Shown: piece by piece, positions 48,125 through 61,493 of the stretch
Layout of the letters: the number at the start of each line of letters is the position of its first letter
Numbering within the stretch: the first letter of the stretch is position 1
Source: Alistipes senegalensis
GTDB taxonomy: Bacteria > Bacillota > Clostridia > Oscillospirales > Ruminococcaceae
Direction of reading: 5' to 3'
DNA length: 64,000 nt
Assembly (NCBI GenBank): GCA_023665275.1
Contig: JAMPEF010000001.1
Coordinates: 40,924-104,923 of the forward strand
Made by a program: the position numbers and the translations under genes
The notes under the pieces: model-generated
The model's database searches: none
Told to the model about the DNA's origin: nothing
The model's input: the letters and a program-made list of their open reading frames with translations, nothing else

Positions 48125-48673
48125 ATGTACGAACTTATAAATAATAAATACATTAAAATAAAAGAATATAAAGGTCAGCGTGTTGTGACCTTTAAGGATA
48201 TTGATACCGTCCACGAGAGACCCGACGGAACGGCAAAAAGAAATTTTAACGAACATAAACAGTATTTTATAGAGGGACTGGATTACTTCAAAGTTAAGGT
48301 TTCAGAGGTCAGTACGAATTTCGTGCCGACCTCCACAAAAGGCTATAATCCACATGCTGACATAATTCTGCTTACTGAATCCGGCTACCTAATGATTGTA
48401 AAATCTTTTACTGACGACCTTGCGTGGAGCGTCCAAAGAATGTTAGTCAATGCTTACTTTCGTTCACAGCAGAAGCAGTCAACGGAAAAGTAATCTGGTA
48501 TAACAAAAATCGATATTATCGAAGGTATAAAATACTTCTGTGAACAGCATACTAAAAATTATTTGTATATTAATAGGAAAATCGACAATCTCATTGAAGA
48601 GAATCGCAGGCTTAGAGAAGAAAATATAAAGTATAAACTGATACTACAGAAATTCTATGAAAAATTTTTGTGA
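48125..48673 (+). pseudogene. ORF6N/KilA-N-like (phage antirepressor-type) gene interrupted by an in-frame TAA at 48491-48493
   Basis: The reading frame continues in the same frame after the stop (SGITKIDIIEGIKYFCEQHTKNYLYINRKIDNLIEENRRLREENIKYKLILQKFYEKFL). It stays collinear with the intact paralog at 58199..58777, where Tyr occupies the stop position (EKY vs EK*). Confidence 0.6.
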
Positions 48674-48776
48674 AAACTGCGCATGATATAGTACTATATT
48701 TTTGTGCGTTGTGACCGTGGAATTTTACCGGAAAATATGTTATAATTAATACATAAAGTTCAAGGGAGGCTCTGAA

Positions 48777-49271
48777 ATGTACAATGTAAATGATGTCGTT
48801 GTTTACGGCTCTAATGGTGTATGCACGGTAATATCTGTTGAAGAACGTGATTTCAGCGGTGAAAGTGTAGAATATTATGTTCTCCGTCCTGTAAATAATT
48901 CTAAAAATACTTTCTATGTACCAGTATCAAATACTTTCCTTACCGGAAAAATGCACCATATTTGCACAAAAAAGCAAATAAAAAATCTTATTGAAGTGAT
49001 GTCTGATGAATGTTGTATATGGATTGACAATGAATTACGGCGCAAGGAAGAATACCGCAAAATTATTGACATTGGTGACCGTCTGCAACTGGTTAGACTG
49101 ATAAAAACTCTTTATATCAAAAGCAGTGAATTAAAAGGACAGCATAAAAAATTACATTCCGCCGACGAAAAGTTTTTCAGGGAGGCTGAAAATATTCTGT
49201 ATGAAGAATTTGCATATTCCCTTGGAATCCCCCGTGATTCAGTCGTTGAATATATAAAGAATCATATATAA
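48777..49271 (+). CDS. CarD/CdnL/TRCF-family RNA polymerase-binding regulator
   Basis: MYNVNDVVVYGSNGVCTVISVEE is a Tudor-like RNAP-interacting domain typical of CarD_CdnL_TRCF. 164 aa. Confidence 0.7.
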   Translation: MYNVNDVVVYGSNGVCTVISVEERDFSGESVEYYVLRPVNNSKNTFYVPVSNTFLTGKMHHICTKKQIKNLIEVMSDECCIWIDNELRRKEEYRKIIDIGDRLQLVRLIKTLYIKSSELKGQHKKLHSADEKFFREAENILYEEFAYSLGIPRDSVVEYIKNHI

Positions 49272-49415
49272 TAATTTTTCCCGTTTTTTCAGAAACGGGA
49301 AATTTTTGTTATTAAATTTTAAAAATTAATATATATTTTACAATATTATTTTTTTAAATTATATTGACTTTTATAAAAAGTTATTATATAATAAATATAA
49401 AGAGGAGGTGTTCTT

Positions 49416-49907
49416 ATGTATACTAAATCTAAAATAATGTTAGGATGCGTCGTTTTAGCTGGAGTAATCTGTACATCATCTTTTTTATCGTATGCTCAAA
49501 ATGACGATACAGCAGTTACCGGAACAGCGGCTGAAAATCCTGATTATGAAGAGATGTTAGCTCCTTATGAAAACGTTTTCAATGAATTTAACAATTCACA
49601 TGGTACAAATTATGGATTCATGACGGACGAACAGTTGGAAAGGTTCGGAAAATCACGTGAAGAGTACCAGAAGGAAATGGTTGAAGAATACGCAAGTATG
49701 ACCCCAGAAGAATTTGAACAATTTTTAGATGAGACGTATTCAGAAGACCAGAAATTCTTGTCGGAAATGGAGGCATATTCCAAAGAACAGAAATTATCTC
49801 CGGAAAATCTGCCGTACTACCAGAAAGAAGAATCTGAAATTGAAAAGGAGACAATATGCGTTTCAATTAAAGATAATTCTTATGGTGTTCACTATCTCAA
49901 AGACTAA
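49416..49907 (+). CDS. Secreted acidic protein (signal peptide), unknown function
   Basis: Signal peptide MYTKSKIMLGCVVLAGVICTSSFLSYA. AGGAGG RBS. Shares an N-terminal module (E..FN..G..Y...T.EQLER.G.S.EE) with the next gene. Confidence 0.55.
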   Translation: MYTKSKIMLGCVVLAGVICTSSFLSYAQNDDTAVTGTAAENPDYEEMLAPYENVFNEFNNSHGTNYGFMTDEQLERFGKSREEYQKEMVEEYASMTPEEFEQFLDETYSEDQKFLSEMEAYSKEQKLSPENLPYYQKEESEIEKETICVSIKDNSYGVHYLKD

Positions 49908-49930
49908 AAATAATAATGGAGGTTTGATGA

Positions 49931-50632
49931 GTGAAAAAGAATAAGTTTATTGCTGTATTACTTGCAGCCACAATGTCAATTCCAACAGCTACTTCATATC
50001 TTGCTGTAGCTGCTGAAGACCCATTAAGCAATTATGCAGAAATTGTATCAGAATTCAATAAAGAATATGGTACTTCCTATCAAATTGCTACACCTGAACA
50101 GCTTGAAAGGATAGGAGAAAGCACTGAAGAAATAGTGGATTTATTCAATGAAATGAATGAAGAAGAGTTTTGGAATTATCTTTATGATGCATATTCTATG
50201 GATTTAGCAGACGATTCAGATGAAACCTCAATTTCATTTAATGAAATGAATTCTGCAAATATTGAATTTTCTTTAAATTCTATAAACCCTTCAGTTGATA
50301 CACAAGCTACCTATACAGGAACACAGCATTTTTATTATCGTGGTTCTGATGCACAAAGTTTATATATAACAGCAACGTGGTCATATGGTGACGGATATTA
50401 TCGCTATAGTCCTTATTTACAAGGTAGTGGTTATACAAAAACAGAAGGTAGTTATCCATATTATGCTGCATACAATTTAAGTGCTACAACCCAGAATGCT
50501 TCTCGAGAAATGGCTTGTTCGTTTACTTGTGATAAATATATTGGTAACGGAATAACAGATATAACTGTTTACACAGTCAATGTAACTTTTACTGCTGGCG
50601 GCGGCGACGTTTGGCGTGCTGTTAGTATATAA
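49931..50632 (+). CDS. Secreted protein, paralogous N-terminal module plus Tyr/Gly-rich C-terminal domain
   Basis: GTG start with a GGAGGT RBS. Signal peptide. C-terminal about 110 aa rich in Y/G/T with two Cys (CSFTC). Confidence 0.5.
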   Translation: MKKNKFIAVLLAATMSIPTATSYLAVAAEDPLSNYAEIVSEFNKEYGTSYQIATPEQLERIGESTEEIVDLFNEMNEEEFWNYLYDAYSMDLADDSDETSISFNEMNSANIEFSLNSINPSVDTQATYTGTQHFYYRGSDAQSLYITATWSYGDGYYRYSPYLQGSGYTKTEGSYPYYAAYNLSATTQNASREMACSFTCDKYIGNGITDITVYTVNVTFTAGGGDVWRAVSI

Positions 50633-50743
50633 ATCTATAAAATATGATGCGGAATTATTAATTTTAATTCCGCATTTTTGATTATGAATCACAAATCATA
50701 TTCACTGTTCTTTCGAATAGTGAATTTTTTTTGTAAATTCATA

Positions 50744-50772
50744 TTGCATTTGCTCTCTTTTTGTGGTATGAT
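50744..50772 (+). promoter_or_regulatory. carB promoter (TTGCAT-17-TGgTATGAT, extended -10)
   Basis: TTGCAT at 50744-50749, 17-nt spacer, TATGAT at 50767-50772 with an upstream TG. Confidence 0.5.
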
Positions 50773-50821
50773 ATATGTTAAGAATGCCATAAGGCAAATT
50801 TTTATGTTAGGAGTAATTACC

Positions 50822-54040
<3,219 letters not shown>

Positions 54041-54056
54041 ATTCTGAAATTAAAAT

Positions 54057-54096
54057 TTCCTGTTATTTCCTGAAAAAATAACAGGGAATTTTTTTA
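54057..54096 (+). terminator. Rho-independent terminator after carB
   Basis: ttcctgttatt/aataacaggga hairpin followed by ATTTTTTT. Confidence 0.65.
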
Positions 54097-54227
54097 AGCA
54101 AAAAAGTTATATAAGGCAAAAAAAACCATAAAAAAACAAAAATTCAGGGCATAAACGGGATTTTTCAGTAAACAATAAACTTACACTGCCGAAATAGCAG
54201 TGATTTGATGTAAAGGACTGATTTTGT

Positions 54228-54620
54228 TTGAAAAAGACTTTATTTACCTGTACTGTAATGCTTACGTGCATGGCTTTTGTTTCGTGCGGAAACAACGATA
54301 ATATGGATTCTTCCATTGATAATGAAACGTATGTCACGGAATACACTACCAGACAAAAACATACAGACGATGACCGCTATTATGATGATGAACACTATGA
54401 AACTGATGACAACGGTAATGTTGATACGAAAGGGAGTTCTGATTCCGTTAAAGACCACGCACACGACGCTGTGGACGGCGTAGAGAATGCAGGTGAAAGC
54501 ATAGTGGACGGTGTAGGCGATGCCGCAGGTGACATCATAGACGGCGCAGGAGATGCTGCTGACGACATCATAGACGGGCTGGACGGTGAAACAACTACTG
54601 AAATTACAAGTGAACAATAA
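54228..54620 (+). CDS. Acidic lipoprotein with DxxGDxIDG repeats
   Basis: Apparent TTG start. Lipobox FVSCG. Asp-rich repeats (DGVGDAAGDIIDGAGDAADDIIDG) suggest Ca-binding-like repeats. Confidence 0.5.
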   Translation: MKKTLFTCTVMLTCMAFVSCGNNDNMDSSIDNETYVTEYTTRQKHTDDDRYYDDEHYETDDNGNVDTKGSSDSVKDHAHDAVDGVENAGESIVDGVGDAAGDIIDGAGDAADDIIDGLDGETTTEITSEQ

Positions 54621-54666
54621 TATAAAAAAGGAACTGTATTAATAAAAATACAGTTCCTTTTTTAAT
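54621..54666. terminator. Bidirectional terminator between the lipoprotein gene and the convergent ABC ATPase gene
   Basis: aaggaactgtatt-aataaaa-atacagttcctt, flanked by A-run and T-run. Confidence 0.6.
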
Positions 54667-54697
54667 AAAAGATGTAAATGAAGATTAAAAAATCAAA

Positions 54698-55825
54698 TCA
54701 GTTTACAATAGTTTCTTCTGTTTCCTTGTCGAAGATATGGATTCTGTTCGGGTCGAGTGCAACCTGAATTGTATCGCCTGAACGTACAGTAGAGCGTGAG
54801 CTTACACGTGCAGTAAGCGGAATGCCTTCACAGTTAAGATAGAGATAAATTTCAGCACCCATCATTTCAGTGATTTCAACCTGACATTCAATAACACCGG
54901 TTGTAGCATTTGAGAGATACATTTCTTCGTCGTGGAGATTCTCCGGACGGATACCGAGTGTAATTTCCTTGCCGACATAGTTCTGAAGTTTTGAATTAAC
55001 CTTTGATTCAGGTACGATAATTTCAAACTTTCTCTTAGCTGAACCAAATTCAACTATGAATTGGTCATATTCTCTTTCATACTTAAGTGTAGCATCAACG
55101 AAATTCATTGTAGGAGAGCCAAGGAAGCCCGCAACGAATTTATTAGCTGGTTCGTCGTACATTTTCTGTGGTGTGTCAATCTGCATAACCCAGCCGTCTT
55201 TCATACAAACGATTCTGTCGCCCATAGTCATAGCTTCTGTCTGGTCATGGGTAACGTAAATGAAAGTTGTTCCGAGCTGCTTATGGATTTTAGAGATTTC
55301 AGTTCTCATCTGACCACGGAGCTTAGCGTCGAGGTTTGAAAGAGGTTCGTCGAGTAAGAATACTTTAGGAGAACGCACGATAGCACGACCGAGTGCCACA
55401 CGCTGACACTGACCACCGGACATAGCACGGGGCTTTCTGTCAAGGAGGTGTGAGAGGTCAAGGATTTTAGCGGCTTCATTAACTTTTCTTTCGATTTCGT
55501 CCTTAGGAACTTTACGGAGCTTAAGACCGAAAGCCATGTTTTCAAAAACGGTCATATGCGGATAGAGCGCATAGTTCTGGAAAACCATTGCAATATCTCT
55601 GTCCTTAGGAGCGATGTCGTTTACAAGACGGTCACCGATGTAGAGTTCACCTTCTGAGATTTCCTCAAGACCTGCAATCATACGAAGAGTTGTTGACTTA
55701 CCACAGCCGGAAGGACCAACGAAAACGATAAACTCCTTGTCTCTTATGTCGAAAGTTGTGCTGTGGACAGCCTCGACATTACCAGGGTAAATTTTCTTTA
55801 TTTGTTTAAGGCTAAGACCTGCCAT
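54698..55825 (-). CDS. msmX: Sugar ABC transporter ATP-binding protein (MsmX/MalK/UgpC family), orphan
   Basis: GPSGCGKST Walker A, LSGGQ signature, DEPLSNLD Walker B, C-terminal TOBE-like domain. No adjacent permease or SBP genes. Confidence 0.85.
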   Translation of the reverse strand: MAGLSLKQIKKIYPGNVEAVHSTTFDIRDKEFIVFVGPSGCGKSTTLRMIAGLEEISEGELYIGDRLVNDIAPKDRDIAMVFQNYALYPHMTVFENMAFGLKLRKVPKDEIERKVNEAAKILDLSHLLDRKPRAMSGGQCQRVALGRAIVRSPKVFLLDEPLSNLDAKLRGQMRTEISKIHKQLGTTFIYVTHDQTEAMTMGDRIVCMKDGWVMQIDTPQKMYDEPANKFVAGFLGSPTMNFVDATLKYEREYDQFIVEFGSAKRKFEIIVPESKVNSKLQNYVGKEITLGIRPENLHDEEMYLSNATTGVIECQVEITEMMGAEIYLYLNCEGIPLTARVSSRSTVRSGDTIQVALDPNRIHIFDKETEETIVN

Positions 55826-55935
55826 TTAAATATTCCTCCAATACAAATTTTTCTTCCGGCACAAAAATGAAATACCGGCTATAATAATATAATAACAGAT
55901 TTCTGAAAATTTTTCAAGATGTCAAATTGCCGAAG

Positions 55936-56721
55936 TTATGACCGATTGTTTATTAATTTTGCCGAAAAATCACCTTGAAAATTCCTGATTAAAAGGTCAA
56001 AATCCGGCTCTGAAAACAGACTTTCAACATTTTTGTGCAATAATTCCATATGTTCGCCTAACCCCAGTTTTTCGGGGAGAACCAGTCCGCCGACCGAAAT
56101 TCTTATTAAAACATCTACATGATTTCCGGCGGCTGAAAACATTCTTTTTACCTGATGATATTTGCCCTCGTGGAGCTTGATAAAAGCCAGTTTATCGGAT
56201 AATTCTGCTACTTTTACGTCTGCTGGCAGACACTGGTAACCGTCAGCTAATTTTAAACCATTTTTGAATAAGTTAATATATTCACTTTTAAAGGGACTGG
56301 CAAGTTTCACAATATAGATTTTAGACACGTGTCGTGTGGGGGAAAGAATACGGTGGGCAAGTTCTCCGTCATTTGTAATAAGAAGGAGTCCAAGGGAATC
56401 CTTGTCAAGCCGTCCGGCAGGAAACATATCTTTAGTGCGGAGGCTTTCGGGCAGAAGATGCATAACACTTGTGCCGTCGCTGTCGGAAGTTGAGGAGACA
56501 TAGCCAGCCGGTTTATTTAGGATAATATACCTGAATTTCTGATTTCTTATTTCGTTTCCGTCAACGATAACATGAACAGTATCGGGATTTATTTTCATAT
56601 CAGATTTTTTAATAATAATTCCGTCAGCGGCGACAAGTTTTCTGCTGACAAGATTCTTGATTTCACTGCGTGAATATTCAGACCGTTCAGAAATAAAACG
56701 GTCAATTCTAATTAAAGACAT
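55936..56721 (-). CDS. Pseudouridine synthase (RsuA/RluB family) with N-terminal S4 domain
   Basis: MSLIRIDRFISE S4. Catalytic GRLDKDSLGLLLITNDG. Start at 56721 (GGTGA RBS). ORF track over-extended. Confidence 0.8.
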   Translation of the reverse strand: MSLIRIDRFISERSEYSRSEIKNLVSRKLVAADGIIIKKSDMKINPDTVHVIVDGNEIRNQKFRYIILNKPAGYVSSTSDSDGTSVMHLLPESLRTKDMFPAGRLDKDSLGLLLITNDGELAHRILSPTRHVSKIYIVKLASPFKSEYINLFKNGLKLADGYQCLPADVKVAELSDKLAFIKLHEGKYHQVKRMFSAAGNHVDVLIRISVGGLVLPEKLGLGEHMELLHKNVESLFSEPDFDLLIRNFQGDFSAKLINNRS

Positions 56722-56777
56722 ACTTTTCACCTGCCTTGAATATATTTTTGATAATAGAACTTTCGGGGGGAATTTAC

Positions 56778-57209
56778 ATGAAAAAGAAAATATTTTTTCT
56801 TGCACTTGTTGCAATAATAATTTATGCGTTTATTTTTTTTACTGCTGAAAAAAGCGAAAATAATTCAGAAAATAATATGAAGTCAGAAATACCCGCAAAA
56901 ACAGCCGCCGAAAGAATAAATTATTTTTCAATGCACGGCTGGGAAGTTGAAGAAATTTCCGGAAAAAATATAATTATTCCGTCAGAGTTTTCCGGTGAAT
57001 ATGAAAAGTATGCAGAAATTCAGGACAAACAGGGTTTACCGCTAAGGGAATGTGCCGGAAAAAATGGGTTTCTTTACGTTTATGAAGTACGTAATTACAG
57101 TCCGGAAAATATGAAAATGTGTGCTGAATTAATTACTTGTGAAGATAAAATAGCAGCCTCGCTTGTTTACAGCGAGGACGGTGTAAGTGTACATATTCCC
57201 GTAAATTAA
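56778..57209 (+). CDS. DUF4830-like membrane-anchored protein
   Basis: N-terminal TM anchor. 143 aa. Family assigned by resemblance only. Confidence 0.45.
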   Translation: MKKKIFFLALVAIIIYAFIFFTAEKSENNSENNMKSEIPAKTAAERINYFSMHGWEVEEISGKNIIIPSEFSGEYEKYAEIQDKQGLPLRECAGKNGFLYVYEVRNYSPENMKMCAELITCEDKIAASLVYSEDGVSVHIPVN

Positions 57210-57234
57210 ACCGGAAATATCAACGGATATTGAT

Positions 57235-57612
57235 TTAAAATATATTCAGTAAATCTCCAATAAACGGAAGTTTTAAAGCCTTTCCCTTATATGCACCATA
57301 TGCAAGGGCAATTGAAACAAGAACCTGTACAATACCGATTAATATTCTTGCAATACCACCGAAAAATGGAATAATTCCGATAATTTTAATAATAATATCA
57401 AGTACGATTGAAACAATAAACCATGTCAGTTGCTGGTTTGCATGGAATTTGCAGAATACAGAATTTTTATCAGCAATAACAGGAAGAAAGAAAAGCACCG
57501 GAATAAGATACGGAAGTACAGCCGCAACGCTGTTTTTCTGAATGTCATTGCTGTTAAAACGGCATTCTGTTTCCTTATCATTGAAATTTTCAAGAATATT
57601 ATCAATATTCAT
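57235..57612 (-). CDS. DUF4870-like small membrane protein
   Basis: 125 aa with two TM helices. Motif KFHANQQL typical of the family. Confidence 0.5.
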   Translation of the reverse strand: MNIDNILENFNDKETECRFNSNDIQKNSVAAVLPYLIPVLFFLPVIADKNSVFCKFHANQQLTWFIVSIVLDIIIKIIGIIPFFGGIARILIGIVQVLVSIALAYGAYKGKALKLPFIGDLLNIF

Positions 57613-57615
57613 AAA

Positions 57616-58065
57616 TCAATCTCCTTTTTTAAATTCACCTATAGTTGCAACAAAACTTTCAATATCTGTGAAATCATTATATACAGACGCAAAACGTATA
57701 TATGAAACCGGGTCAATTTCCCTTAATTTTTCAAGAATAATTTCGCCTATTTCCCGTGAAAGTGCAACGGTTTTAAGGGCATTTGCGTAATAATTTTCAA
57801 TATAATCTGCAATTCCTGAGACCTGTTCAATAGTTACAGGTCTTTTTTTAATTGCGGTAAAAATTCCTTTTATAAGTTTGTTACGGTCAAAATTTTCATA
57901 AGTTCCGTCTCTTTTTTCCACCATAAGTAAAGGAATTTCAACGACTTCATAAGTAGTAAATCTGCCCTTACATTTAAGGCATTCTCTGCGACGACGGATT
58001 TTTTCGTCCGCCGGTCTTGAATCGGTAACTTTTGAGTCATCAAATCCACAAAAAGGACATTTCAT
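57616..58065 (-). CDS. nrdR: Transcriptional repressor NrdR
   Basis: MKCPFCGFDDSKVTDSRP ... CLKC zinc ribbon plus ATP-cone. 149 aa. ORF-track start over-extended. Confidence 0.9.
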   Translation of the reverse strand: MKCPFCGFDDSKVTDSRPADEKIRRRRECLKCKGRFTTYEVVEIPLLMVEKRDGTYENFDRNKLIKGIFTAIKKRPVTIEQVSGIADYIENYYANALKTVALSREIGEIILEKLREIDPVSYIRFASVYNDFTDIESFVATIGEFKKGD

Positions 58066-58198
58066 ATTTTCTCTGCCTCTTTTCTGCAAAATTGAACTTA
58101 TTTCCATAATGGAAAAAGTTATATAAATTATAGCATATATTATAATTAAAGTCAAGAAAATATGACAAAAAAATTCTTATATTCATAAAACAAGAAAA

Positions 58199-58777
58199 TT
58201 AATTTTTTATTTCCTCAATTTCTATTTTACGTTCAGCAATTTCATTAAAAAGTTGTTGTAATATTAATTTATACTTTATGTTTTCTTTGGTAAGACTGTT
58301 TATTTTTTTATTAAGATTATCAATCTTCTTATTGAAATATAAATCACGTTCAGTGTTTTGTTCACAGAAAAATTTTATACCTTCAACAATATCGGATTTT
58401 GTCATACTGGCGTACTTTTCCGGTGATTGTTGTTGCTTTAATTGGAAGTAAGTGTTGACTAACATTCTTTGCACACTCCATGCGAGGTCATCTTTAAAAG
58501 ATTTGACAATCATGAGATAACCGGATTCAGTTACAAGTATTACTTCCTCAGGTGTTCCGCCTTGTGGTCTTATTATACCAAGCGTCCGAATTTCGGACGG
58601 CTGGTTTATAATGAAGAAATCCTTACCCTCTATGAAGTGTTCTTTATTATCATTGAAGCGCTTTCTGGCTGTACCGTCTAGTCTTTCGTGGACGGTATCA
58701 ATATCCTTGAAAGTTACAACACGCTGACCATTATATTCTTTTATTTTTATATATTTGTTATTTATAAGTTCATACAT
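58199..58777 (-). CDS. ORF6N/KilA-N-like (phage antirepressor-type) protein, intact paralog with C-terminal coiled coil
   Basis: 192 aa. N-terminal 55 aa nearly identical to the protein at 48125 (MYELINNKYIKIKEY.GQRVVTFKDIDTVHER). C-terminus DNLNKKINSLTKENIKYKLILQQL. Confidence 0.6.
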   Translation of the reverse strand: MYELINNKYIKIKEYNGQRVVTFKDIDTVHERLDGTARKRFNDNKEHFIEGKDFFIINQPSEIRTLGIIRPQGGTPEEVILVTESGYLMIVKSFKDDLAWSVQRMLVNTYFQLKQQQSPEKYASMTKSDIVEGIKFFCEQNTERDLYFNKKIDNLNKKINSLTKENIKYKLILQQLFNEIAERKIEIEEIKN

Positions 58778-58999
58778 AATAAATTTCCTACGAATTTCTA
58801 GTATAGCTTTATTATATCATATAAAATTATAAAAGTAAACTATTCTTTAATAATATATGTCCGTCACTGACGTACAAGCGTATTCACCAAAAATACATAA
58901 TACATTTTCTGAAATTTGGCTTTTCTATCAATTGATTTCCGGCGGAAAATGGAATATAATATTTATTGGTGAATTTATATAAAAGGAATGGTATTTTTT

Positions 59000-60340
59000 A
59001 TGGCTAATAAAGTAGTTAAATTCGGCGGAAGCAGTCTCGCTGACGCCAATCAGTTCAGAAAAGTTGCAGATATAATTAAAAGCGACGACAACAGAAAATA
59101 TGTTGTGCCATCAGCTCCTGGTAAGCGTTTTTCTGGGGACATAAAAATAACTGATATGCTTTACAGATGTTGCGAACTCGCCGGAAGCGGTATGGATTTT
59201 TCAGAGGATTTCCAGACCATAAAAGACCGCTACAACGGTATCATATCGGAACTTGGTATAAATATGTCTCTTGATGATGAATTTGAATCTATTGTCAGGG
59301 AATTAAAGGCACGTCCAGCTAAAGATTTTGCAGCAAGTCGTGGTGAATATCTCAATGGTAAAGTCCTTGCGGCATATCTTGGTTTTAATTTCGTTGACGC
59401 CGCCGATGTCATTATTTTCAACAACAAGGGCGTACTTATGCTTGATGATACTGTAAAAGCTGTCCGCAAAAGATTAAAGAATCTTGATAACGCCGTAATC
59501 CCCGGATTTTACGGACGTACCACAGAGGGTTATGTAAAGACTTTTTCCCGTGGTGGTTCAGATGTTACGGGTTCTATAATCGCAAACGCCGTAAGGGCTG
59601 AAATTTACGAAAACTGGACGGACGTTTCAGGTTTTCTTGTTGCAGACCCACGAATAGTTGAAAATCCTGATGTCATTGAAGTAATAACTTACCGTGAACT
59701 CCGTGAGCTTGCCTATATGGGTGCATCTGTACTCCATGAGGACGCTATTTTCCCTGTACGTTCCGCCGGAATACCAATTAATATAAGAAACACCAACCGT
59801 CCGGAAGATGCCGGTACTATGATAGTTTCCGATGATTTCGATTTCAGTCGTGAAAGTCTTAACCATACAATTACGGGTATCGCCGGACGTAAGGGCTTCA
59901 GCACTATAAATATTGAAAAAGCCATGATGAACAGTGAAACAGGTTTCGGAATGAAAGTTTTAAAGGTTCTTTTTGATAATGGGCTTTCATTTGAGCATAT
60001 GCCCTCTGGTATTGATACTATGAGTATAACTGTTGACAGTTCAAAATTAAACCCCGTGCGTGAAAAAGTAATAGCAGAAATCAGAAAAGAAGTAAATCCC
60101 GACCACATAGAAATTGAGGACGGAATAGCATTACTTGCTATTGTGGGACGTCGTATGAAAAACACAAGAGGTACTGTTGCGCGAATTTTTGCCTCAATGG
60201 CACACGCAAGAATAAATGTCAAGATGATTGACCAAGGTTCAAGCGAACTTAATGTTATTATCGGTGTAAGCGAACATGATTTATCCGAAGCTATCCGCAG
60301 AATTTACGATATGTTTATAAATTCCGAAAAATCTTTATAA
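59000..60340 (+). CDS. Aspartate kinase
   Basis: VVKFGGSSLADA and the amino-acid-kinase fold. C-terminal ACT domains. About 446 aa. Confidence 0.9.
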   Translation: MANKVVKFGGSSLADANQFRKVADIIKSDDNRKYVVPSAPGKRFSGDIKITDMLYRCCELAGSGMDFSEDFQTIKDRYNGIISELGINMSLDDEFESIVRELKARPAKDFAASRGEYLNGKVLAAYLGFNFVDAADVIIFNNKGVLMLDDTVKAVRKRLKNLDNAVIPGFYGRTTEGYVKTFSRGGSDVTGSIIANAVRAEIYENWTDVSGFLVADPRIVENPDVIEVITYRELRELAYMGASVLHEDAIFPVRSAGIPINIRNTNRPEDAGTMIVSDDFDFSRESLNHTITGIAGRKGFSTINIEKAMMNSETGFGMKVLKVLFDNGLSFEHMPSGIDTMSITVDSSKLNPVREKVIAEIRKEVNPDHIEIEDGIALLAIVGRRMKNTRGTVARIFASMAHARINVKMIDQGSSELNVIIGVSEHDLSEAIRRIYDMFINSEKSL

Positions 60341-60354
60341 TTTAATAATAAAAT

Positions 60355-60390
60355 TTCCCTTGTCCGTAAAATGACAGGGGAATTTTTTTG
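60355..60390. terminator. Terminator hairpin after aspartate kinase (shared with the convergent gene)
   Basis: ttcccttgtc-cgtaaaat-gacaggggaa followed by TTTTTTT. Confidence 0.55.
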
Positions 60391-60882
60391 TTAGTATGAA
60401 TTGGATATCCTGAATTTCCATTCAAAAGCCTGTGGGTTTTCATTAAGATTTTTCCAGTCATTTTCGTCGGGAATACACTTTCTTATTTCATTCAAAATAA
60501 ATGTATTAGTATGTTTTATACATTCCAATCCCCATATAAAACGCCTTAATTTCCATGCATTTTCAACGTTTGACATTTCCCGTGCCATACTGTCAGACCA
60601 TTTATATTCACTTTCAGGAACAAATGAATTTTCCAACAGATAGCCATATATTTCATGCAATGCGTTTTCCGGAAATGGTATTTCAAAATCTTTACTTGTA
60701 TATTTCTGTCCGGAATACTTGTTTGCAATTTCAATAAGACCATCCCGTATATATTCAAAGCTCCATGTACACCAATAACATATTTCAATATAATTATCCT
60801 CAAAAAAATCATAATCCCTGCTGATAAGACGACCAGTTTTTTTTTCAGTAATTTTTGTTTCAATGTATAAGTCTAAACTCAT
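60391..60882 (-). CDS. Hypothetical Trp/Cys-containing cytoplasmic protein (immunity-protein-like; no family recognised)
   Basis: 163 aa. AGGTGA RBS. Confidence 0.5.
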   Translation of the reverse strand: MSLDLYIETKITEKKTGRLISRDYDFFEDNYIEICYWCTWSFEYIRDGLIEIANKYSGQKYTSKDFEIPFPENALHEIYGYLLENSFVPESEYKWSDSMAREMSNVENAWKLRRFIWGLECIKHTNTFILNEIRKCIPDENDWKNLNENPQAFEWKFRISNSY

Positions 60883-60945
60883 ATTTTCACCTGCTTTCGT
60901 GCCTATTTTAATTATTTGTTTATTTGCATAAATCAGAATTTATGA

Positions 60946-61335
60946 TTATAATGCTTTCTTCAAATCGGATACATAAAGTGCCTGCTGTTTTTTTAGAAAT
61001 AACTTTATAAAAGGCTTCATTATCAGTTTCTTTGGAGTTATATCTTCTATAAATTCGATTTCAGTATCACCATTATGTGAGGAAAAAATACCCGTCCAAT
61101 GCCCTTTCATATTATCATTTTCCATATCAAATTCCCATCGCTTATAAGGCTTAGTTATTGTAATTGTGAAAGTGGTTGCATATCCATTTTTTGTATACTC
61201 AATAAACTGGTTATCACTGATAATATCTATATTGCTTAAATCACTTCGCCATTGAAAATTTTCTAAAGATGTGATAACATTCCACACATCTTTTATATTG
61301 TTATGCAAAACTGCCTTGATACTTGAAACTGCCAT
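60946..61335 (-). CDS. SRPBCC-fold (START/Bet v1-like) hypothetical protein
   Basis: 129 aa. AGGAG RBS. Fold assignment by resemblance only. Confidence 0.45.
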   Translation of the reverse strand: MAVSSIKAVLHNNIKDVWNVITSLENFQWRSDLSNIDIISDNQFIEYTKNGYATTFTITITKPYKRWEFDMENDNMKGHWTGIFSSHNGDTEIEFIEDITPKKLIMKPFIKLFLKKQQALYVSDLKKAL

Positions 61336-61493
61336 AATTAATACTCCTATAATTTCCTATTATTTTACTAATATTTTACATAAAAAAACTGTTATGTCAA
61401 TAGAAACGCCATAGTATTTCAGTCTTATAATCAAAAATACTATGGCTAAAAATTTCTATACGAGTATCAACATTAATGTCCGTCCCGTTATTA

